Shown piece after piece: positions 51,117 through 64,000 of a stretch of 64,000 nucleotides of DNA. The translations under genes and the position numbers were made by a program. How positions within the stretch are numbered: the stretch's first letter is position 1; every line of letters begins with the position of its first letter. A model generated the notes under the pieces. That model searched no databases. It worked only from the letters and a program-made list of their open reading frames with translations, and was not told the DNA's origin. The stretch covers positions 8,259,124 through 8,323,123 of the forward strand of contig CM082596.2 of NCBI GenBank assembly GCA_040954595.2. Direction: 5' to 3'. The stretch is from Balanoglossus misakiensis (lineage: Eukaryota > Animalia > Hemichordata).

Positions 51117-54100
51117 TTATTTAGACTTTCTCTTTATCTTTGCCAGATATGTCCCAATTGTCTTTTGTACAGTTGTCTCTTGGACCATGGAAGTAAACCT
51201 GCTGACATCTTCTTGTCTCTTGGAAATGAGTTTGTTGATAAGGTCTTTCCTCAGTTCTTTCTTTGTAAGAATCCGCGCATGATCTGAAATACAACAAATC
51301 AATTGCAAATTAAATATTCATAATTGCCAATATATTTGCATAAAAGGGAGGGGTTCCAAGGGCAACCGTGTCATCTGGACGACTGTTCGTGGGTTCTCAC
51401 ACTTTGATCAAAACTATGCAGCACTAGTTCAACATGGCCTGTACCGGCAAACTATGAATGCGAAAAAAAAAACGAAAAGAAACTGTGATCTGGGACTGGT
51501 CCCAAATTGCACTTTGTTAAACTGGGAGTCTTAGATTGTGGTCCCTGGGACCGGGGGTTTGGGAGAGAGAAGTTTTATTTGTTGCTATGGTTGCAGATGC
51601 CCATTGGATAGATCTTCGCCAATAGATGAAACAATCTTCAGAAATGAAGAATGGATAGATCTTCACCAATAGGTGAAACAATTTTCAGAAATGAAGAATG
51701 GATAGATCTTCACCAATAGGTGAAACAATTTTCAGAAATGAAGAATGGATAGATCTTCACCAATAGGTGAAACAATCTTCAGAAATGAAGAATGGATATT
51801 TCCAGGGGAATATTGAATATTGTGGCAGTAACAGCCCCTCTATATAATACAATGTAGTGGCACTGTGGTCTAAAATGGGGCCACATGGCACAAACCCGTC
51901 AAAGATGCATGACTTGTTTGTTTACACAAATCAATTGTATACAATGTTGTATGACAGAATTGGTACCTGGTATTTGTAGCCATCTGTTCATCTCAGTTGT
52001 GGCTCGACCTAGAAGTTCCTCAGGGTCACACAGCTCATCTACTAAACCAATTTCCAAAGCTTCACTGCATGTAAAACGACTGCCAAGCTGTACACTCTTC
52101 TCTGCGTGTCTGTGTCCCACAATGTTCTTCAAAGGATCAATGATCCAGAATGGTATGGCAACACCCTGAAAAAGGTAATTTAAAAGCAATCAGGTGATTG
52201 TTTTTCTTAAAAGGTATTTTATTTTGACCAAGCATAGTAAAGCTTGTCCAAAAGGTACAATATTAGAGATGTCATCGTAAATTAATCTGTTCGATCATCA
52301 CCAGAGACTATATGACCAGCAGTTTCTGAGAAAAAAAGTAAATTGTTGATGCACGTGCAGACAACAATCAGATGGAGAGAATCAGTCTGTCTGATAAGCT
52401 CCATGTTGCTATTATTGAAAGCACTAGCATGGTGGTTGCCTGGCAAACTATAATCATTGTAGCTTTGGGTGGGCCCTGGATTGGAATGCACAGCGCCACC
52501 AGTGGCAGAAATGGGAACTAGCATATCAGAGTCAAATGCAAAAGTACATAAATAGATTGACTATTTTTTAAACCGTTGGCCAGCCGACCATGGCTGGAAG
52601 CATAAAACAAATGATGATAAATGCCCTGCCCTCATATCATATAATTTAGTACCGGTATACTGGTCCCTTTAATAAGTTGACATACATCACCAGTTAAAAT
52701 TGTGATATAATCTGCAATCTTGTGTTTTTGTAACAAGTTCCACTAATTTTGGTGAAAATATCTTGGAAACTTGTGCGACTGCTTTGGAATCTATCATACA
52801 GGTTCCTTGGGATAACATTGTACACACTATGATCAAACACGCCACATTTTACTTTCCACAATCAATGTACAAAATCTGATTACCTACCACAAGAGTTTCA
52901 TTGAGTCCTATAGTGAAGTCTCCTTTAGCCATAATTCTATAATCACAGGACTGTGCAAGCATACAACCCCCAGCTGGGCTATGACCCTGGAAATCATGAT
53001 TTAAAAATTAATACTTTGCATGTGAGGCAAATGTATTGTTGCAAATATAACAATGTTTGTCAAAAATTCAACATATAGAGCTAACAATTCTCCAAGGCAA
53101 AACAGTGCAGTGTCTACCCATGGATAAAATGCCCTGGATGCGAAATTATGGCATTTAAACTGAACTTATAGGATATTACACGAGGTATACTGTAAAACAC
53201 TTTATTTTCGCGAGCAATAAATTTTCGCGAAATACGCGAGAGCCAAAATAGCAAGAAAATAAAAAGTCGCGTAAAATTTTTTTTGAAGATAACGATGCAG
53301 TGAATGAAATAAGTGAACACAAAAATTAATACTTGCGAAACAGTGGCCTCTCTCGATATCGCAAAAATTTCAACTCGCGAAAATAAAGTGTTTTACAGTA
53401 TATTGTATACAAAGGTCATTACTAAACACGGACAATTCATATGAAAGTGAACTGACGGCTTGATCCTCCCATTACCATGGCAACTGACGTACATTAATTG
53501 CTGCTATGGTAACCAGGGGTGATCCATAAAGTCTTAACCACATTGTTTGAGATGTACTCCACAACCGATCAAGTTCTTCTGATTTCTTCTGATATAGTTC
53601 AGTGATGTCGAGACCTGCTGAGAAAATGTTTTTAACGCTCTGCAAAGAAACAAAAATAGACTCTTTATGAGTTTTAAAGGCCAATGATCATCTTAAAAAC
53701 TCCCAAGTGTGAGCTAGGCAACTAAAATTGAAATAATACTGATAACATTAGAAAAATAACTCACTGATGTAAATATAACACCTCTGAAAGTCTTTTCCAA
53801 TTTTACCAGCGTCTCACTAAGATCAGTCAAAAGTTGCAAGTTTAAGCTGTTTACTGGTTTACGGTTCATCGTTAAGATGGCAACATCTACATAAAAAAAA
53901 TAATTACAGGGGACCGTCAGTGATCAGTCACGTCACAAAATTAAAATAACTTACTACTCAACCTATTTGTGAGAAACAACTGCCCCAGTCTGCATAAATC
54001 AAAGGACTAAGTGAGGGGAAACTCTGAACAATGCTAAAAGCAATTTAATGGAGACTGTCATAAGGTGGAAATAATGTGCAGAAATTGGACAAATCTGTGA

Positions 54101-54541
54101 TTCAGAGTACATTAAAGGGAAGGGGTCATCGCACCGCGTGGGTGTCCCCCCTTGATGAGAATATGTCCTCCCATACAAGCGCAAACCTCACTGCAGTCGC
54201 CACAACCGTCTAGGATCTTCACTTGCTGTCATGCCCAGTCTACGATGTGCTACAGTTGGCTGCTTCCTTCATTCTAAGAATTATCTAATTTCAGGGATTT
54301 GTGGATGAATTGTAATGTTTATAAACAAACAAATGCGGCGCGACGACCCCTTTGCTTAAAGTGTCTACTTGAGACATTCAACATAACAAACTACTTGTGA
54401 GGAATTGAAAAGAAGCATCACCTTTATTCTCTGGATCACTCTCAACACTAACAAGATCTGTTGATAGAGTTCTGGATGCTTGTCTTGCAGCACTGACCAC
54501 AGATAATTGTCCTTTGTGTGATAGACCGCAATACAACCGCC
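51117..54541 (-). CDS. ECI1: Enoyl-CoA delta isomerase 1, mitochondrial (crotonase fold); first coding exon not resolved
   Basis: Exons 54422-54541 (presequence-like), 53765-53886 (VAILTMNRKPVNSLNLQLLTDL..FRGVIFTS), 53493-53639 (FSAGLDITELY), 52888-52986 (GHSPAGGCMLAQSCDYRIMA..IGLNET), 51967-52165 (AEKSVQLG..EALEIGLVDE) and 51117-51283. Phases are consistent. Confidence 0.9.
51608..51797. repeat. Minisatellite, ~47-bp unit x 4, in the last ECI1 intron
   Basis: Repeated GATAGATCTTCACCAATAGGTGAAACAATTTTCAGAAATGAAGAATG. Confidence 0.9.
53190..53398. mobile_element. TA-flanked MITE
   Basis: TIR CTGTAAAACACTTTATTTTCGCGAG / CTCGCGAAAATAAAGTGTTTTACAG flanked by TA. Confidence 0.8.
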
Positions 54542-55195
54542 CTGTCAATCAAACACCATATTATTGAGGCTGAATAATCAATGCAAGCAGACGGACAGCA
54601 ATAATGTTTGTTGTTTTAGTTGATTAGTATGGGGTTGGCCCGCAGCTGTCCGTGGGGGGTAATAGCCCCCCCCCCCCCCACACACACACACACACACACC
54701 ACGGTACAGCTGCACAGCGAGATACCAGACTACTACAAGGCCTGTACGCGTTATGGGTCGCTTACCAGTAGCTGTAGCGGATACAAGTACTTTTCTAGTA
54801 CTGCACAAAGACCCCATACCCTAAATGACAAGCGGTGACCGCTAAAACACGTAACATTTGTGACATAAACGGAACATATCACAACCGCTCGTTAGGGTGA
54901 CCGCTCGTCATCTGAGTACAGGAGACCAGCAGAAGAGGTCACGCCAGGTCAAACCACGCCCCCATCTCTGAAAAGCCAAAGGTCATATAGACGGCGCCCT
55001 CTGTAGAGGCAACACCAGAATCTGAATAACAATTTGAATCTAAAGCTATTTTCAACGCGAGTTGAATCAATCAGGTGACTGAGGTCAAGATTTGCAAGAT
55101 GGGGATAAGTTGCGCCTGATTTCCGTATTCCCGTTCCCATTTCAACAACCGGCCGGCTTATATGTTATGTACCCGTTGCCGATGTGAATTATATA

Positions 55196-58100
55196 ATGAC
55201 ACATTCATTCGGAAACGAGGTGGTCGTGTCCACCGAACAGTGTTTCCAATTTTTCTGCAACAACTTGAGCCTTGGACAGTGGGAGTTGGCCAGTTCGTGT
55301 GTCGCGCAGCTGATACAGAGAGAAGAAAACACAGTTAGCTGTGTTAAAGACATACTGAAGACAGTAATAGAATGTCCATACGAATTCAGGTATTATATTT
55401 ATTGTCTTGTTTAAGGTGTGTCATAGACAGTGGAAGGGATGCTGGAATATTGTACTGTGCGTGCAAGCACGTCTGTGTTGTTATTGGCTCCGCCTCCAAA
55501 CGCAGTAGTCGGTAACACCACACAGCCCTGTCCACGGCCACGCAAAACTTTAATATAGAGCTGTCATTATGTATTTACGGCCTGAGGTCGGAGGATTTAC
55601 GCTAGAAAATCCCAAATTTTGAGTACATCCCCCTGCCAATAATGCGGAATGTGAGTCACGCCCCTTTCTAAGTTCTAACACAGAAAGTTTGAGTGACCCC
55701 CACCCTCCCCGTTTACCCCTCAACCCGGTACAATGACGTAATATTGTATAAATTATTGCATGACACCCATGGAATTCTTTACTATACAAGGAATCTTAAT
55801 AATAATGGGTTTGTTGTCAAGGCAGCCACTAGCTGTTTTGTATATTTCTAGACATAACTTTCTTTAATATACATTACAAATTATTATTATTTTTGAACAG
55901 TGATAACACATGTCAACTACTGGTTTACCATTAGTCTAATTGCAATATTTTTTTTTGCAGTTATGGTTCTCCTAGTTTACCTTCACCAAACCATTTATCT
56001 TGGCTATGTTTCCAAGAATATGAAAGATTTACAACAATCAAGGTATTTTTGTCAACATTTTTCCACGTGTCAGCTTATATGCAAATTAAAAATATACTGT
56101 TGTATTTAATTTTCAGAAATAAGGTATGTGTGAAATTATATGTTCTAAATACCAGTCTTGAACAATTAAACAAGGAAAATATAAGCCCCACAGGGATTTG
56201 TAGTTGAATGTTGAATTTATGTCTGTGACCTCTGCATTAGTAAACATACAAAGGTCACAGACTTACAAATCAATATATGTATATGATCAAATCACTACCT
56301 CAAGGGCGTTTCGTATGAGCCAGTACATAGAAAACACAGCCAAAGACCAGACATGTAGACAAAAGTGTTTTGCTTTCGGATAAAAAGCTCTTTTATTTAA
56401 AGGGACAATAGCTATATCTTTTGGCTTCATTTGCAGTATTTTTGTTGTGTGTACAAAATGCAATTTCTTGTTCTGCTCCAAACAACATGCTAATAATATA
56501 CCCAGTATGGTATATGTGTGTTCTGTATGCGTTTATGATAAATAAAGTTTAAAGGTCATCATTTGCTTTGCAGGATACCATCCCCAGAACGCTACACAAA
56601 GATGTTGAGTTTCGACTTCTTCTGTTTTGCCTTTGTCATGAAGATACAGCGCCTGAAGCCCTCAAGGTACTCAACTTTTATTTCGGTTCACAGTTTCACA
56701 AAACCTGTCCATAGTGGCCAGTCAAGGGACTTTCCTAAACTGGCCTTCATATGCAGGTCAAGTAATGCACATGTTAATTGCATAGGGACTGTAACAAAGT
56801 GGCCACTATATAGAGGTGGCCAGGCGTCTAACACAGGTTTGACTGTAGACCGTATGTCAGTGTCTGTAATGTTTATAAGACCTTTGACCCACTTTTGCAT
56901 ATCTAACTTTTCATTGCAGACGGACACTAGGTACTTGGTTCATGGGGTTCAGTGAGGGACCACAATCTTTTGTAGAAATGTTATAACGATCTTTGTTTGA
57001 TGTATGCACTTCTTTTGTTCCCTTGCAGGGTCTGTACAACTACCATAATCATGTCCTTGCATATGAAGATGCTGGTGTCAAATTCGTCGGCATTATTCCC
57101 TCGCTGACAGAATCCAGTTTGGCAATTCTCAGCCGAACCCTGAAGAGGGATCCGGTGCTAGCTCACACAATCATCGCCTACCTCACGGTCAAGAATGACT
57201 CGGAACACTTGAAGAATAACCAAAGCCTGCAACAGTTGTACTTGGACTGCATCAACATAGATGCACAGGAACTGCAGGAAAAATCAAATCAGGAAAACAT
57301 TGAAAGATGTGAATTGACAACCATTGCCAGCCACCTGTGCCAGATGCTGATGTTCTTCGATCCGACATCGGATATGGTCGGCCTTCGAATCCGGGATGCA
57401 TTCTGGGAAATTTTAACTTTGATTGAAACGCAACCATTCATCGAAGAGGATACCATCTATTCAACCTTGGTTGGTAGATCCAATGTGTTTCTGATACAGC
57501 AGTATGTTACGGTGCAAAATGAATTCAGATTGAAGAAACAGAAAACCGACAATGTTCCTTGTTCGGAAGACGATGTCAAAATCAGCGCGGAATTGTCGCA
57601 ATCGGAAGATCGTGAGAAGGCCTGGAAAGATATGTTTCACAAATGCTTCACCTTGGAAAGTCACATGTTGGAAAATGTGCTGGTAAGTTAAGATAGATGA
57701 CTCCCCAGATGCAGTGCGTGGTTATCACATGTAATCTTGCGTGTAGAAAGTGATGAAACAGTGTTACAATATTGCCATTTTCTTGACATTTTCACAAAAG
57801 GTGACAAAAGAGGAGTATTATTAAATGATATAAAGAAAACACTATGTTGATAGAACTGTTAAAGCTGCACAGTTGATGGCAAATACCATTTTGGGTATAT
57901 TTGTATTTTGTGAAATAAACATTGATATACAAACCTTTAACACGAAAATAATTGCCCTACCCATGGACTCGGGTCAAATTTACTCATATTTTCACCATAG
58001 AAAAACTATAGCATTAGGAGTGTGAGAAATTGCTGACTTAGCATTTATTAACAATATTTGTGACCCCTAAATGCTAAACAATATATATATATATAAATCA

Positions 58101-61100
58101 GAAAATGACAATATTCTAGAATCTTCATTTTGATGAGTCCACTACCTTGACATTGAATTCTAGAATTATCAATAAGTGTCCAACACCTGTGAACATTTTC
58201 AGAAAATGTCTGCCGACCAGTTTTGCGAATGTGGATGGGTTTTAAGCATTTCATGGCATTTCACCCAAAAACTCTTTTTCTTTTGTTAGGAAACGGCTCT
58301 GGGGTTGATCAAGGAAGGAATGTTCGAACAGTTGAAGTGTATGTTAGAACCAGCAGAATTGGAACCTCTGAAACCATTAGTGTTGCTATTAGGATGGAAT
58401 TACTGCTTCAGCTGTACAACAGCAACTCAGCTGCTAGATGCATTATGGATAACGCAAGTATGTCCATTTTTCATGTCAGTGACTATACAAAATTCACAGT
58501 AATGTCTTTGACAAATTTGCGCAATATACTAGCACTATGTTATGTTGCTATGACTACATCAAGTGTAACTTGGAGGGGTGATAAATTTATCAAGTCCATT
58601 GCGTTCTCTCTCCTAATAATTGAATCCTATGTGATAATGACCAGCTGTAATGTTTCTAAACCTATTATAGAAACACACATATTTGATGTGCCTTGACCGA
58701 ATGTTAGTTCCTCTTGCCCACCTGTTACAAAACATTATGTACATCACACATCGTTTTATAGTTGATGTCTACTTGTCTTGCAGGAAATTCAAACTCAACC
58801 ATTGTTGGAGCAAGCCTGTAATAAACTTTCCTATCAAGTTCAACTTGTGCAATGGTGTCTGCAGAAGGCACAGTAAGTGAACAAACCTTTCTTCTTGTTA
58901 CACATGTAATGTACACTGTCGAAGCAAACTAAATTCGAGTGTCATTTTCAAGTCTTACTTTTGATTTATTAGTGAGGTGGACCGTTCCTGGAGGTACTGC
59001 AATACCAGGTCGATCCGTGGCCAGGACGGAGCAAGCCCCTATTCCATGGCCCATTTCCAAAAATCAGTTTAATATCGAGCTGCTCGGTGAGCAGCGTATC
59101 AGATATTAAGCTGATAAGAACAGATACTACACATGATCTTAGCCAAAAGGCCGAGAAGCGATATTGGCTGTCGGCCCGGAACTTTCGACGGTATCAAGCT
59201 CAACAAAACTTTATGTATGGTTGGGTTGATGGGTTGCTCTCTAATCAAGGTCGCGTGTTTTATTTTCATTAAATCAAAGCTATGAAGAAAATACTAAAGC
59301 TGTTAATATTAAAACAACAAATTGTGAGATCAAGGACTCATGAAACAGGACTGATTTCTCTTATTTTACAATAAAATGGCAAAAAGTGCTTAGCATTTAA
59401 ATTACCATTCATATGCAAATTTTAAATTAGCATCTGAATAACCTTGGTAATCATATGCAAATATAATGTGTGGTCGAATGTTGATTCACTTTATATCCAC
59501 ATGTACATTAACACAAACAGTGTCTTGTATCAAACATAATTAATGGGAAAGAGCAGTGAGAGAGAGAGAGACTTTGTCCCTTTAGGTTTGTCCTCTTAGC
59601 TATTAGAATAAGCATCATCATTTAAAGGGTTTGTGACATACTTTAAAAAGTTTTCATTTTTCCCCGTCAAAAGCTCACCTAGGGTACCTGTCTATGCATT
59701 GCCTATTGTGTCGGTTCCGAAAAATGTGCGCGAATGCAGTAATTTGCCACCTTTTTTTATGCCTGTGATCAGGGAGCCACTTCGCACTCGAGCCAGGCAA
59801 AGGTATTTGCATATGGTCTTAGTGTACCATTCTGCTAACAGTAAGGTGTAATTAGTGGTACGTGAGTAATTAAGTCCACAGACAAAGACAATCTATAAAA
59901 ACAGTGTTCAAAGCAAAGGAGGCCCTTGCCTAACATTACAGGCAGAGGATTTACAAAGGTGTGAAAGACTATTCTTGTTCTTGGTTTCTATCTTCTAGAC
60001 CATTATCATGGACCAGCGAGATGTCCAATACACTTCACCAAAGAGCCAGTCACATGTTTCATGGTTTGGAATCCCATTCTGTTCTGTATGTCCTGCACCA
60101 GTCTCTTCGTCTGGCGGACTTGGATCAGAAATTAGTGCTTGATATTCTGAATGAAAGGCCAGTACTGCCAGCTACAAATGGTAAGTTTAACCCTTCCACC
60201 CCCAGTTCCCTCTTTAGACGTCCAACCTTACCATAGAAAACAATGGGATTGGACTGAACCATGGTGGTGAAAAGGGAAATTAAAAAACGTTTGTACACCA
60301 ATACTTTTGCAGACAATGTCATTTATTGACACTGCCCAGTGGATATTTATTTTGTCTAATCACAGATATGCAGGCATGTATATGTACAAAATATCTCTAA
60401 GCTGGCAAAAAATTTCTGCCAGTGAAAATTATTTATTCAGTGAAACATTATAGACGTTTGCACAAATGGAAACTGCCTCACATTTTCTTGTAATCTGCCA
60501 GACTTTTATTTTGACACCTTTAACAATTTTTTTCATCTGCTAAGTGAGAAAATATCTTCCTCTACCCCCACCCCATACCCTAATTACTGAGAAAATAGCC
60601 CAAACTTGGAGTTACTGGAGCTTTATAGACATGGATCAGCAAAGGAAAAAATCTAGTCTTCATTTGTTTTCTACCGTACCTGCCCCAAGTTTTTTACTTG
60701 TTTGCTTTGCCTAATCATCAATTAATAGCAATTTTTTTTATTTTTCGTCAACAGATGGGAAAGGAACAGAGGCAAAGAAGTCAGTCAGGTTTGCCCCAAC
60801 AGAAGATGAAACTAAACAGCGGGTGTCAATAGAGCAAGAAAGAGACACAGTGATCTATAGAAGTTACTCTTGTATCAAACTCATCATTGATATTATCCAC
60901 TTGTGCAAGCAAAGCATTGTAACCGATAGCGACAAGACCGAACTGTCTCAAGACCCTGTTGGAGCCGCCACTGAGGGCGCACCAGAGATTGGTGACAAGT
61001 CGAACAACGGCGACTTGTCGGCCGAAAGTGGAACGCCGTCAAGATCCTACGAGGATCTGGTCACGAAGAAACTGGAAGCTGCAAGGCAACACTTGTCGCA

Positions 61101-62630
61101 GATATTCCCGCTGTCGTACAGGGTGGAAACACTAGAGAATATATTTTCCCTGTTGTTTGTGAAGCACGGCGACATTAAGGAGAGTTCTCCCATCCACTCA
61201 GAAAGTGGCAGTGAGCGGGAAGAAGATCACGGTGATGTTTACCCGAGACAAGTTCGATCCAACGGGGACATGGGCGTTTGTCCGATGACCCCAGTGTTGG
61301 AGAGGTCGCTTGAGTTGACCGCTGATGCGTTGGAAACCGTGGCGATGCCTGAAATAACAGAAACCATGGAAACCATGGGGATGCCCGAAATAACAGAAAC
61401 CAATCAGATGACACCGCAAATCATAAAGGACGAGACCCTTACAGCAACCAATCAGACGCCGCGATTAACAAGTGATGACCTGCTCAAGAAGGCAACCGGC
61501 CTGTTGCCGACGACAACGGCCGCTGATTCCGGCACAGACAAGATGAAATCTGATAACGCCAGTGGGAGGAGCTCAGTTAGCCTGGAACTGCGAACAGGAC
61601 ACATCATCAACAGACAGGTGACGGGAGATATTCTGCAGATGTTGAAAGACTGCTTGATAGAGATAGGAACAGCCAAGTATGCGCTCAAAGGCGGCCAGTC
61701 ACCGGCCGAAAGTAACCTCAAAGACGCATCAACAGACCCTAATGTGGATCTCACCAATGAGATCCGCAGTTCAGTCTCACCAAACAATTTCCAGCAAAGA
61801 TTAGCCAAACTCAACCAGTACATCAACGAAGCACTGTGGCGATACCAATTGGTTGCGCAATCGTCGAATGACCATCAGGATGAAAGGAAACTGATGGATG
61901 ACGTTTATGATAGTTACACTGACGATGATGATCTCAGTTGCTATGGTGATTCAGATGGTGAAGATAGATTATCGCAGAGAAAAAGGAGACTGCGCAGTGA
62001 TTTGAAATCCAGAAGCTCTTCTGGTAAGTGTCCCAATGAAATCCTACTATCAAACTACCATGATTATCATAGTGAAAATGTGCTACAAGTTTTACTACAG
62101 TAAAACACTTTATTTTCGCGGGCAATAAATTTTCACGAAATATGCAAGAGCCAAAATAGCGTGAAAATAAAAAGTTGCGTACATTTTTTTTTGAAGATAA
62201 CGATGCAGTGAATGAAATAAGAGAACGCGAAAATTAATACTCGCGAAACAGTGGCCTCTCTCGATATCGCGAAAATTTCAACTTGCAAAAATAAAGTGTT
62301 TTACAGTATTCTTACTGCTTGTTTTGTTTCAAACTGTAAAAAGCAATTGGCATTGGTTGCTAGAGGGCCCCATTTGCCAAACTGTGAATGTCCTATTTTC
62401 ATGCTAGGCCTAGAATGGACGAAAGCTACTTTGTGTGAAAATTGCAAGGCAAATTGCAGAATAAATAGAGCCAGCATTTCATTCATTTTCCGTATGCTCT
62501 GCAAACTCTTCCCATTTTTTGTACCTGTGTCTTTGCATTGTCTTTTATACTGCAGTGTGGGATAGTTCTGGAGTTGAAAGTGGTTCACACACAACAAGTT
62601 CTCAAAGGAGTGTAGAGCTGCTTCCATCAG
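55196..62630 (+). CDS. ZFYVE26: Spastizin / zinc finger FYVE domain-containing protein 26, 5' part (continues beyond the window)
   Basis: The N-terminus MTHSFGNE..FQFFCNNLSLGQWELASSCVAQL resembles the spastizin N-terminus as recalled (MNHPFGKE..FGFFCECLRRGEWELAQACVPQL). Later motifs include PLSYRVETLENIFSLLF and INEALWRYQLV. Exons: 55196-55389, 55961-56042, 56574-56666, 57029-57682, 58290-58457, 58784-58872, 59999-60180, 60755-62023, 62556-62630. Confidence 0.88.
58975..59162 (-). ncRNA. U2: U2 spliceosomal snRNA, full length
   Basis: The reverse complement reads ATCGCTTCTCGGCCTTTTGGCTAAGATCATGTGTAGTATCTGTTCTTATCAG... with the branch-site pairing sequence GTAGTA, Sm site ATTTTTG and stem-loop IV CCTGGTATTGCAGTACCTCCAGG. 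Confidence 0.97.
60191..60276. mobile_element. Short CCC..GGG MITE (piggyBac-like ends); related copies at ~12862-12946, ~34423-34507 and a fragment at ~41465
   Basis: TTAA-CCCTTCCACC...GGTGGTGAAAGGG with a shared core sequence at several loci. Confidence 0.6.
62098..62306. mobile_element. TA-flanked MITE (copy of 53190-53398)
   Basis: High similarity to 53190-53398, with the same TIRs. Confidence 0.8.
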
Positions 62631-62658
62631 GTAAATGCTGCATCGTAGAAATCATGTA

Positions 62659-63170
62659 CAGTAAAACCTGTCTAATCTGGAATCCTGTCTGTACCAAACA
62701 CCCTTTCCCTTTGACATGGAAGCATTGTTAAAGGGACAAAGTCTCTCTCTCTCACTGCCCTTTTTCCATTAATTATGTTTGATGCTAGACACTGTTTATG
62801 TTATTCAACATGTGGATATGTAGTTAATCAACGTTCAACCACACACAACTTCCATCCCACTTGTAGACACGAGAGTGAAAATCTCGCCAAAATGAATAAT
62901 CGGTGTTTACCAGTTATTCATTTTGGCGAGATTTTTCACTCTCGTGTCTACAAGCGGGATTGAATGTGTGTGTGGTTGAATGTTGATTCACTATATGTCA
63001 ACATATAGACTAACGTAAACGGTGTCTTGTATCAAACATAATTAATGGAAAAAGGGCAGCGAGAGAGACAGACTTTGTCCCTTTAAAAGAACCTGTACAG
63101 ACTGGACATCTCTACAAACCGAACAGTGTCTTCAGCCCATTTTGGTGTTCGGTTTAGACAGGTTTTACTG
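62659..63170. mobile_element. TA-flanked CAGT..ACTG MITE containing a nested TTAA-flanked AGG..CCT MITE (~62732-63082, Kolobok-like) with a central ~105-bp palindrome
   Basis: Outer TIR CAGTAAAACCTGTCTAA / TTAGACAGGTTTTACTG. Inner element TTAA-AGGGACAAAGTC...GACTTTGTCCCT-TTAA. A half copy of the inner element lies at ~59465-59584. Confidence 0.75.
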
Positions 63171-64000
63171 TATTGTCATTTCAGTCTTCCATGCAATCAC
63201 TAAGCACTGCACATAAAACATCCATTGCTGCTCTGTCAGTCTCATCCTTTCTCTCTGCTTTTGTTAATATTCCTATTTTGAAATCTTTTGTAATGAATAA
63301 CATGTAAATAATGGGGATTTTTATTATGCTTCAAGGTGTTATGCACCTCGAAATAAAAGGTCTTCTGATCATGTTGAAATTAATACTCATGATACTATGA
63401 CTTCTCAACATTTAATCTATGAAATAAAAATGGGGGGTCAACCATCTAGATTTTTGGAAAAAGCTCCCTCTATCTAGCACCTCTTTAAGCTTTTACCTGT
63501 GTTCATAGATCTTTGTAAAACGGCTTCATAAATAAGTATTTTGGGACAGTCGTCATATTTTATCACCATTTATAGAATGTAAACTTACTGAATATTTTAT
63601 TCCTTAAGGAGTCTAGTTTAATCTACTACAGCTATTGTTGGAACTTGACACAATCACAGCTTATATTAAAAAAACAAAATTTATTTGTTTCGATTAAATT
63701 AAACCCCTACCTTCCTTCTTTTCATATAATTTCTTAATATGAAGTGTTGATATCTACTGGACACACAGAGTAACACCTTAATATTAGTCTTTGTCTGTAA
63801 GCACATTTTGAAATATCACAGTATTTGTGAAGTTTAAGTACTTGAGAAGACCAGGAAAAGCTGACCAATTGTGGCATGAGAACATGAATTAAAGGGGAAG
63901 TTTAGTCTAGGTGATTTTAACATATGCGTTATTCTTGGAAGTCTTACTGTATTTTAAGTAATGTTGTATTAAGGATTAACTTTTTACTTCTAAATAAGGA

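Overview
This is intron-rich, AT-rich animal genomic DNA, probably from a marine invertebrate (inference). 1-12.5 kb holds a stack of at least 8 non-autonomous Helentron-like elements (HINE/DINE-type) with ~240-bp internal repeats. Their 5' hairpin caps and bodies pair up like balanced parentheses, which indicates serial self-nesting. 12.5-48.8 kb is a tandem duplication carrying two minus-strand, kinase-less DAPK-like ROCO genes (ankyrin repeats-ROC GTPase-COR-death domain). The central ankyrin repeats are each one phase-0 99/102-bp exon within ~245-bp tandem exon+intron cassettes (8 in copy A, 4 in copy B). Variation in these cassettes is concentrated at the ligand-binding positions of helix 1, which suggests a modular, rapidly diversifying intracellular receptor. 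In both copies the death domain is split by an S/T/Q-rich 42-aa repeat (~3 copies in A, ~14 in B), and copy B is interrupted by a 2.07-kb TIR transposon. 51-64 kb holds ECI1 (minus) head-to-head with ZFYVE26/spastizin (plus, 3'-partial), with a full-length U2 snRNA gene antisense in a ZFYVE26 intron. Many MITEs and hairpin elements are scattered throughout. Coordinates were read by eye and may be off by a few bases; TE superfamily calls are structural inferences.
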